Notes under the pieces: generated by a model
The model's input: only the letters and a program-made list of their open reading frames with translations
What the model was told of the DNA's origin: nothing
Databases searched by the model: none
Part shown: piece after piece, positions 54,152 through 64,000 of the stretch
Layout of the letters: every line of letters begins with the position of its first letter
How positions within the stretch are numbered: position 1 is the stretch's first letter
Source: Octopus bimaculoides
Lineage: Eukaryota
Reading direction: 5' to 3'
Length of the DNA: 64,000 nt
NCBI RefSeq assembly: GCF_001194135.2
Contig: NC_068987.1
Coordinates: 81,035,635-81,099,634, forward strand
Made by a program: the position numbers and the translations under genes

Positions 54152-54860
54152 CAGGATGTGGTGAATAAACTGTCACCTAAATTACGCAAAAATGAAAATA
54201 ACACTGACATCTCATTTTAACAGATATATTTACAAAAATTACATAAAAATATCTTGAAATACTAAAGTGTAAATTTATTCAATAAAATCGACATTGGCTT
54301 CAACCATGGCTTCCAGACAACTTTGGAATCTCTTGCAACTCTTCTGGACAGTCTCCTTGTTTAAGTTGGTGAATGCTGCCATAACCCTTGCCTTCAGGTC
54401 ATCTTTGGTGGTACAAGGAATTTTGTTGGTCTCTTACTCAACTGTGCCCCACACATAATAATCAAGGGAGTTGCAGTCTGAGGAGTTAGGTGGCCAGATA
54501 TTTGGGGTGGGGTGGGGTGGGGTGGTTTCAGAAATTGCTTGACAGCCATGACTAGGTTCTGCTTGTGTAGCATGGTGCAGAGTCCAGTTGTCAGACATAG
54601 GGTCTTCCAGGATACCCTCTTCACCCAGGGCAGCACTACCTCCCCCAGGCACTTGATGTTGAGTTTGAGGCTGTGTGGGAAGATGAATGGAGGCATAAAA
54701 TCGCCATCATTAGTGATCACTCCAAACATCATGATATTGACTGGTGTTTGATTTTTATCACTATCAGTACATGTCCTCAGACTGACATCCAAACACTCTG
54801 AAATGTTCATATAGGAGCTTCCAGCATGAATGCCATACAGTACAACAAATTGATTGACCA
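54152..54860 (-). mobile_element. Internally deleted Tc1/mariner transposon
   Basis: TA|CAGGATGT terminus at 54152. Minus-strand peptides: IWPPNSSDCNSLDYYVWGTVE (WPxxSPDLNPLD motif), MMFGVITNDGDFMPPFIFP, and N-terminal HTH-like GIHAGSSYMNISECLDVSLRT fused directly to the catalytic part. Confidence 0.88.
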
Positions 54861-54864
54861 GACC

Positions 54865-55636
54865 TCTGACTCCCAAGACATTGTCAGTTACCCTATTAAG
54901 TTTCTCAACTCATTGGAGCCAGCAGGGCTTTCACCTCACATTCTTAGGAAAAAGGTTGGATGCCCAAATATGCTAATCAGAAACTTGCTTCCACCTAAAT
55001 AGTGCAATGGGACTTGCTTAGTAATCAAGTACTCTGGTGCCCCACTTGATTGAAGCCACCATTGCTACAGGGTGTGGGAGGGGTGAAAATGTTTTCATTT
55101 CAAGGATGCAGCTTTATCCCTTGGGGTCAGACATGCCGTTTAGCTTCCGCAAATTGCAGTTTCCGGTGAGACCATGCTTCACCATGTCCATCAACAAATC
55201 ACAAGGCCAAACACTATTGGCAGCAGGCATCCATTTGGGGTTTTCCATTCACTCAGGATAGAAAATTGATAAACTGATTCCTTATAGGATTTACCACTAA
55301 AATTGGCTGCATCCCATTTTCAACCATAACTTTTACCAATTTTGACATATTTTGCTCCAACTTGATACCAGCATTACTTAGGACTCATGGGATCTTTGAA
55401 TGCTTTAAGTTCTCAGAAAAAAAAAACAATCGATGAGTAGAAATAATCGATAAACTGATTCCTTATGGGATTTCCCAATCAAATTTCCTGCAACCCATTT
55501 TCAGCCAAACGTTTACCAATTTCAACAGATTTCACTCAAATTTGATGTCAGTGTCACTTATTTTGGTTTGAAATAAAGTGCTTCATCACTTAATAATCCT
55601 AACTTAATTCTGGGCAATGCTGGGCTATACTGCTAG
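54865..55636 (+). mobile_element. Helitron 3' end: helicase relic, ~180-bp tandem duplication, terminal hairpin and CTAG
   Basis: SYPIKFLNSLEPAG...KVGCPNMLIRNL...CNGT...FRKLQFPVRPCFTMSINKSQGQTL. Duplicated gataaactgattccttat.ggattt units at ~55268 and ~55450. Ends ctgggcaatgctggg-ctatactg-CTAG|T at 55633-55637. Confidence 0.9.
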
Positions 55637-58600
55637 TTGGGCAATAAATTGCACTTGCGAAGTCCTGTCGAGGCAAGTGAAATCATTGTCATGGCCAATG
55701 ACAGTACCACCTGATGGCACCCGTGCCAGTGGTATGTTAAAGGTACCATTCCAGCATGATCATTGCCAGACTGGTTCCCATTCCAGTTGCACATAAAAAG
55801 TACCATTCAAGCGTGACTGTTGCCAATGTTGCCTGACTGGCTCCTGTAAAAAGCACCATTTCCGCGAGGTTGATACTAGTTCCGCCTGACTGACCCTCTT
55901 GCAGGTGGCATGTAAAAATCACCGACTACACTCTCAGAGTTGGCTTTAGGAAGGGCATCCAGCTATAGAAATTTTGCCAGATCAGATTGGGGCCTGGTAC
56001 AGACTTCTGGCTTGCCAGCCTTCACTCAAACCATCCAACCCATGCCAGCATGGAAAGCAGACGTTAAACGANNNNNNNNNNNNNNNNNNNNNNNNNNNNN
56101 NNNNNNNNNNNNNNNNNNNNNNNNNNNNNNNNNNNNNNNNNNNNNNNNNNNNNNNNNNNNNNNNNNNNNNNATATATATATATATATATATAGTGGATTC
56201 ACCTATCGAAGACGACATATCAGTGTTGTTCAGCTTTTGCTAAACAACCTGTACAAGTGATTTGTTTATAGTGATAAAATGTTCATGCTGCACATTAGGT
56301 CACTCCCTCCATCAAATCAATGTTGTTTGAGTAGATGCACCGTGTACTAAGTGTAAGGTGTCAAAGTGATCACAGAGCAATGCAAGATGAAGTGTTTTAC
56401 TCAAGAACACAATGCACCATCTGCTCTAGGAATTGAAATCATGATCATGCAATTGTACGACACCTTAACCACTTGGCTATGCACTCTTATATACATACAT
56501 ATGTGTATATATATATATATATNNNNNNNNNNTATATATATATATATATGTTTATACCATGTATGTGTGTATAATGTGGATGATATAATGTATTTCTGGA
56601 AATAAACTATATATCTTCAATTTCTTTTTCAAATAGTTCATCTTATTTATTTATTTCTCATTATAAGGCTGTATTATGCTTTCCCATGCATTGACAAGCA
56701 TCCATTTACTTATTTGATAAATGTCTTAAAAAATGATATTTTTATTTGTGTAAAAACTTAACCAATGAAATTAGAAAACATTTGTAAATAGATATTTTTG
56801 CGATAAGTGATCTTTAAATATTATAATTTAAAGCATAGGTCTATAAAATTGTCTTTAATTTTCAGAAACCTATGAGGAATATGTTAATTACAATCAATTC
56901 CATATATCTTCAGATCTAAATAAATGAATGATTGAACCAAAGGATATACATTTTATCATTATCATTGCATAATAGGGATGATCAGTAATATTTGAATAAA
57001 TTAATTTTATTATATATGTTAATTTGAAATCTTTTTGTTGGCCATTGAGTAAATATGAGGAAAATAATACCTTTTATGTGAAATAAGATGAATTGTCTGT
57101 TTTATCATAGTTATACAGATAGATTTGTATTATGTATAAAGATGATGAAGAATAAAAGTGGTCTTTTGAAATGCATATTTGGCAGAAATTTTCTGCATAA
57201 TATCATATTAACAAAAGGCTTAAGTTCTCAGTTTGTCAAGATTTGGTATTATGCTACACTCAGAAAATTTGATAAAATTCAGAAAATATGCAAATATTTT
57301 TTATGTTTACTGGAAATGCAGCTAGTTATATCTGACAAATTGTTTTCAATGAAAATGAAATAATTGATTATGAAAATAACAGTTTATTTATTGTTGTGAA
57401 GATAAAAATCATTATGAGCATAATTTCTTTAATTTTGTTTCAAAAATAAACTTTTCTTCTTTTATCTATTTCACTATTAATTTATTTCTTGAATGTAGAT
57501 ATATTAATTTTTAAAAATATTAAATGTAAATTGTTATTTTATTTAGTAAATGTATTGTAGGGCTATATATTTGAATAAATGGACTGCAAGCTATTTACAA
57601 GAGGATACAATATGTTCTTTTAATCCAGGAAACATTTCTATATAAATTTTTCAAAATTTTAAAAATACTTAATCTTTTGCATCATTTCCATTAAAACATC
57701 CTCATGGATATTTAAAGGGTGATGGTCTCTACTTCTTAGTTAAATATTGTTGGGTAATGGTAATCATGCAACTGTCAGTCCTATGATCTTTAATATACTA
57801 TGCTGTTGGAATAGCTACAAAACTCTGCTAGCTTTGACTCTTCATTATTAATTTGATAAGGCAGTATAAGCTAGATCATGACTGCAACCTCAGCATACAT
57901 AAAATCCTGCATCTATTACTTGAAATATCACACAACATTCAAATATTCACAGGTCATAATAATACATTAGAAAAACAAATATTCAAAGTAAAAACCAATA
58001 ATGTTGAGGTTATAAGCAGAAGTATATTATTAACGAGTTTACCAACCATCTCACTATACTAACATCCAATCTACATTGCCTCAGCACATCTCTGAATACT
58101 ACTTAGGGAGTGGGAATGTCAATATATATGCCCCATTTTGTTACAAAAACAAAGATAATATTAGGTGAAGCACAATAACATCACAACCAAACTCTCCTTA
58201 CATTCTAAACAAGCTACATCAACACACCCATATTTCACACTAAGCTAGCTGCAATCATTCTTCTTTGAATATTATAGGCAACATGTGGTTCAATATGTAT
58301 AGAAAGTGTCAACTCTAGGCAAAACACATACAAAAATTGATGGAAAGGGAAGTACACCCCAATAAAATATTGACACATACAGATAACATAAATACCAACA
58401 ACTTTTATTTCCTTTTTAAACCTACAATTTTAAACAATAAATTAACACACAAAATTTAAATATGTTGCTATATAACACAAATGGCTTAAAGCTAATTTTT
58501 ATGGAACAGAAAATATAAACACACATGGCATTCACATTACATGAAACAACACTACAAGCCCCAAACTAGATAGGACAACTCATATCTCAGATTATTCTGC

Positions 58601-60048
58601 AAATAATTTGAGGTATGAGGAAAAATGTCAATGCATCCTGGAAGAATAATCTACACCAGTACACCAACTTTCCTAATAAAGCTATCTACAATTCTTCAGA
58701 TGTCACTTTGTGCTGATCATACCTTTCTACCGCAACAAATACTGATACAACCCTCTTCTAACTATCATCACAACACACTCCCATTCATGAACGAAACAAG
58801 CATTTTTGTTAATTTATAAAAAAAAAACGACATTGAAATTCAATGTGTCAAAAAAAAAAAAAGCAATATGTACAAAACATCACTACAATCTCTAACATTG
58901 ATGCTATTCAACTAAATAATTGACATTTCCAAGATACATATGCCATAAGGCAACATTTGCAAAATAATACTCTGTTAATGACATTTCTAAAATAGGGATG
59001 AAACTTGATTAAAAAAAAGTCAAACTCTAAACACATACCTTAACGTCCAGTCACTAAATGAAGAAATAATAAAGACTATAAACCTAAAATAGCTAATATT
59101 TGTAACAAAAAAAAAAATCCCATAAAACAAGCAGTGAAGCAATACACAAAGTATCATTAGCAAATTAAAAAATAGTCTGACTACATTCACAAAACTTAAT
59201 GTAACATACCCACCTTATCAAACTCTTGAAATTTTCCACTAAAAAATTACATAAAGAAGATAAAAAAAATAATCTATGTTCTTTCTATTAAGAACTTGAA
59301 CCATGAGAGCTTCCTTCCTCCAGACACCTGAACAACTATTGGAGAAATTCAAACCCATCACTGCCTGGCAGTTTTAAAGCCTAGCAAAACAACACTTGAA
59401 GGAGCATCACATGGACTCTTTATCTTCCTTCCTACGAGAAGTTATTCAGAAAGCCTTATCCTGGGAATCACCAACCAATACATTTCTTTCTCCAACTCAA
59501 TATAATCGGACTACTCATTCTATTTGTCTATGTCCTTGGCATCCCTTCTGTATCTTACCCCCAACACCTTACATTAAACACTTTTTGAAATTACCCCTCC
59601 CCAGAGCTCCAAGTCTTTACCCCCTGATTTTGTACACATTTTGGACTATGATCTGCAGAAGTGCAATCTAAGTACTAATTGCCTCAACTATCATGGATGC
59701 TGATCCACTTCATCTAACTTATTTAGAGAAAATAATGGTAAAAATATCAAGACTAATATACATAGTTATCAATACTATATGCACAAGATGTTGATAAATG
59801 TAGAGAAATGAGAGAAGATTGCAAGACTACTATTTTTATACGCCTGATGTGCATTTGATAGCAATTGATGGTGAATACTAGACTAAAGATTTAAAATAGT
59901 GTTTCTAAAATACAATGATATTCAATACTTAAATAATGGGAATTTTAATAACTACAATTAGTGTGATTGAAATAGATATGTTTATTTAGTGTTGCTGTGA
60001 AAATAGAACTCATAGACAAACTGCTGGAAGTTTAGAAGCCTGAAGAGA

Positions 60049-60515
60049 GTATCTGACTGATTAGTTTTGTCTTTCATTAAAGACCCATCAGGAATCACCA
60101 CAGATTATGAGCTGTCAAAGTTCAGAAGCAAATTATTTATTGCAAATATAAGTATATTAAGACAAGCATAATGAAATTTACATAATGGTTCAGCTTTGAT
60201 GGTCAGTCATTAATAAATATAGTACCAATGCAACATACCTGTGAATATGCATGTGAAAGTCATATGTTTAGTAACATTGTGAAAATAGATCCAATGGATA
60301 AATCTCAGGGGCTTTGGCTGTAAGAACTGAACCGACTAGTTTCATCTTTATTTGAAGATTCATTAGTACTAAAATTCTTAATACCTAACCATTCGTCATC
60401 CTCCTATCATTATGTAAATTTCAGAAATACTTCTCAAGATTTTGCGATTTGTTTCAAGCTGCAGAGGTTAAGTAATCTCTGATGAGTCTTTAATGAAAAA
60501 TGAAACTCTAGGTTG
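60049..60515. ncRNA. Three degenerate type-I hammerhead ribozyme motifs
   Basis: 60049-60099(-): CTGATGG-GTCTTT-AATG-AAAGAC-AAAAC-TAATCA-GTC. 60331-60370(-): CTAATGA-ATCTT..AAGAT-GAAAC-TA-GTC. 60472-60515(+): GTAATCT-CTGATGA-GTCTTT-AATG-AAAAAT-GAAAC. Each has core or stem mutations. Confidence 0.62.
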
Positions 60516-62399
60516 TTCTATTTTCAATTCAAGCTGTCAAAGCTCTTGTGGTTTATCCACAAAGTCCATTTTCACAAGACTGAATCCATATTAACATATT
60601 GTATATGACCTCTGTATACATATTTATGAATGACAACTTTGGATTGGGGATATGAGAAGACATGAATGGTACATGTAGTTTGATATAAAATTTAATTTTG
60701 TCAAAGTGAAACTTTAAATGTAACTAATCCTAATTCAAATACAGAGTGTACTTTACTGCATTTCAGAATTGTGGTATGAACATTAAAAGATTATGAATCA
60801 ATAGTTAATGGATTTTGATATAATATTCCCTTGCTGCCTTGCATTATATCTCTGGGCAAAACTCCTTTCTCAGTGACTGTCCTGGTTCTAGAGATATTGG
60901 TGTTCTTTCATGTAGATAATACTTATAATTTTCTTGTACAGAAGCTACCTGTGATCTTCAAAATTGCTTCAAGTACTGTAGTGGTGTATAGCATTTTGTT
61001 AATTTAGTCACATGAGATAAACATACTTTTCTTTCTCATGGTTTGTAGTAGTAAAAGCATTTTATGTAAATATTTGTTCTAGATTTATCATTTGTGTTAG
61101 TACATTGAATTTTATTATAATTCGTGTAAAGTTGACTTGTCGAATTGTATAAATAACCATTTCTCATATCAGCACAAGGCATGTGACTGGTTATGGAAGC
61201 AGTCAAACCGACCCCAGTTCTTGACTAATATATATTTTATCAACCTGAAAGGATGAAAGGTAAAGTCAACTCTAGCTGGATTTGAGCTCAGAACTACTTT
61301 AACTGTATCTCATTGGCATTTTGCTCCACTAGCCTTGAACAAATATTTGTGTCAAATATTGAACATGATTTTCATGGAAAAAGATATTCTTGGTAAAAAA
61401 AAAAAACATTAAAACAAGATTTAAGAAAAGATAATTGCTAAATAAATAGGAATTTTGACAGTGTATTTCTTTAAGAAATTTCAACAAAAGGAAGTACTAA
61501 ATTTAGTTCTTTATTAATTTAGTATTTTATCAGAATGTGTAGTAATTGTCGTCCTTAGTAAGAGAAAAATATGAATGTAATATGACTTCACAATCCAGAC
61601 TTCCTGTAGAATTTTAGTGCATCTTTATAATTATTTTTTATTACTGTTGCATGCAATTTCTTTTTAAAATTTATCAAACAGAATAAATGAGAAAAGTGGT
61701 TAGAAGTGGTTTTATTAAAATTGGGACCAAGGAATAATGGGATCATAGAAATATATCTTGGTTATATTTTTACACTACTATAAATCATGCCCCCTCCCAC
61801 CCCCACTGTCTAACTCCATTAAGATTATTTAGTTTTTTTTCAAAACAGTCTTTGAATTTATGTTTTAAACATTCAAGATTTTGATTGTACAAAAGAAGAA
61901 TTTTCAAACATTATTATATCCCTCCCACCTTTTACTGAGAAAATATAATTTTCCATAGTGTCAGTTTTTATAAAAGGAGAAATACATCAGTCAAATACAT
62001 CTCTTTTTCATACTTGTGAACTATCTTTCAAATATATTTAGTTTCCACCAAGTGCATACTATATTTCATTAAGTAAATCCAGCTGTAGAAACTATGCCAA
62101 ATCAGATTGGAACTTGGTGCAGCTCTCCAGCTTACCAGTTTCAGTCAAACCATATAACCCATGCCAGCTTGGAAAGCAGACACTAAATGATGATGATGAG
62201 GAGGAGGATGAGAAAAAAAAGCAACTAGACTTAATACCATTCCTCTTAGTAACAAACCTAGCCTCAGTGGTTACATCTTTCAGTTGTGTATTTTTAGTGC
62301 AAGAACTAATAAGAGTCACCAAATGTAGAGATCTAGTTTATATTTGACAAAGAATTAATCAGTCTTATGGCTCTCCTATTTTTGCAATCAGCTTATCTA

Positions 62400-63090
62400 T
62401 GAGGTGGTATCAAAAGATTCCCAGACTAGTTACGTTTAATAAAAAGTAACTTATTTACCTAAGTTTTAACATCATCTCCTTCAAAATATCCACCTTGCAC
62501 AGAAATATACTAGTCCCAGCATTCCTACCATATTTGGAATCCAGTCTGGAAGTTGTTTTCCGTAGGTGAGTCGAAGACCTTCTGAGATTTGCTCTGGATC
62601 TCTACAACAATGTTAAAAAACGGCAACTGTTGAGCTGCTTTTTCACCTTGTAGAAGAATTAGAAGTCTGCAGATGATAAATCTGGCAAATAGGATGGGTG
62701 TGGAAGCAGTACCTTGTTGTTTTTGGTGAGAAACTTACGAGTGAGGAGAGCTCAGTGACAAGGTTTATTGTTGTGAAGAATCCAATTCTTTGCAGATATT
62801 AAGATTGTCTGCATGGGCCCATGTGACAGACCAACAGCATCAGCAATGTCATTGATTGTTCTCCAACGATCCTCATGCACAAGCTAATGAATTTTCTCCC
62901 CATTTCCATGGGTGATGCTCGTGGCATGTCTTCCAGATCTCTCATTCTCTTCCAGGGACGTTCTTTCACTTTTGAAGTGCCTATGCCACTCAAAACATTG
63001 CCTATGGCCCATTGCCTGGTTGCTAAAAGAAATTTTAGAACGATTGACCAAATGCTATTTGATCAGAAACACTTAAACATGCACAGTATG
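62400..63090 (-). mobile_element. Internally deleted mariner element
   Basis: TIR TA|tgaggtggtatcaaaagattcccagactag at 62400. Minus-strand peptides WHRHFKSERTSLEENERSGR...EDRWRTINDIADAVGLSHG (HTH) and LPHPSYLPDLSSADF (YSPDL motif). Confidence 0.88.
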
Positions 63091-63097
63091 TAGCATA

Positions 63098-63340
63098 TCA
63101 TGGTATCAAAAAGTTCCTGGACTAGTTCTGTAGCACGCTAACAGATGGTAGCACACAATTGTGTGCACAGTGAGAGCTAGCAGTGACCTTTATGAGGTGG
63201 TGTGCCAAGTGACATTGTTGTGTTTACTTTGCAAGTTGTGAAATTTGTGTTTTTGTGTTTTTGTGATCATGTGTATGCTGTAGTCTGTGATTTTGTCATG
63301 GACAGGAATAAAGAGCCAACATGAAATTTTGTGTTAAAAA
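63098..63340 (+). mobile_element. 5' end of a second mariner of a related family
   Basis: TIR-like tggtatcaaaaagttcctggactagt, a 5' UTR, and a decayed start atggacaggaataaagag...atgaaattttgtgttaaa (MDRNKE...KFCVK). Confidence 0.8.
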
Positions 63341-63469
63341 TTTACAGCTGTAAGTTGCTGAGCTGTATTGATAGCATGATTATCATTAGTATCCTTACTA
63401 TTGTCAGCATTGTAACATATTTTTCAGTACTGGATGGGTAGCGATATATCATATAAACATGTCTTATTT

Positions 63470-63800
63470 CTGCACTCTCTTATTTTTCGGTCCCCAAATT
63501 CTCAAATCTGATATTTCTTCTTGTGTCTTGTCTGGTTTGTCTATTCACTTTCCAGTGTAACATTCTGATAGAGCTTTCAACCAGCAAATGTGACCCATTT
63601 CTCTGGAATGTCCATACTAGTGTGGTTCCATCAATGCACATTGGCCAATACTTTTAATTTTCTGTTGCTTTTACAGTTTCATTGCATTCAATTTTTCAGG
63701 CAGTTTAATATTACACAACCAACAAATCATTCTCAATAAATCTGAAAATCTCTGGAGATTTATTCTAGGTTCCATATTTCACCACTAGGGAACGTTCCTC
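63470..63800 (-). mobile_element. Highly degenerate RTE-like LINE 3' relic
   Basis: Minus strand tggttgtgtaatattaaactg...tatggacat...gaaagtgaatagacaaaccagacaagacacaagaag resembles the RTE C-terminus (W.CNIKL...YGH...G.R..GRP.KTW). Confidence 0.45.
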
Positions 63801-64000
63801 TTCTTACACATGCTTTCTTAGTGTTGTAATTTCTGAAGACCAATGAATTCTCTGTGTAAAAGGCTTGCAAACTGAGGCACAGATAAGGAACAAAATGTTA
63901 CATATCAGTAAACACAGGCACTTTACAGAAGTTGGAGAGGAATGATGTGTGTATATGTTGATTGTACAACTGTAATTAGAAGGAAAGGCAGGTAGATGTA

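Noticed and set aside
57111-57181. Candidate SPO11 exon 3 (YTDRFVLCIK...IF)
   Set aside because: Weak similarity, shorter than expected and a poor donor (gcagaa).

Overview
Very AT-rich animal genomic DNA, dense in repeats, with several N gaps. The SINE/LINE tails match octopus (coleoid cephalopod) repeats as I recall them, so the organism is inferred rather than proven. The only host gene I can support is the 5' part of SPO11 (meiotic DSB transesterase) on the + strand. Coding exon 1 is at 20919-21085. After a ~20.9 kb intron comes a 114-nt exon 2 at 41988-42101, phase 2 at both ends, that appears to use a non-canonical GC donor. I could not find exon 3 onward in the window. The rest is transposon debris: several tRNA-SINE families, RTE-like and R4/Dong-like LINE relics, two Penelope-like fragments, two Helitron helicase relics, Tc1/mariner deletion derivatives, MITEs and microsatellites. 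Points of interest: (i) the frame-preserving GC-donor SPO11 exon 2, equivalent to the exon skipped in mammalian SPO11-alpha; (ii) three degenerate hammerhead-ribozyme motifs within ~470 bp at ~60.0-60.5 kb; (iii) a CpG-retaining island of ~6 kb from SPO11 exon 1 into intron 1, containing fold-back elements with telomere-like TTAGGG repeats; (iv) an ~88-nt hairpin and a (TAA)n-flanked insertion upstream of SPO11.
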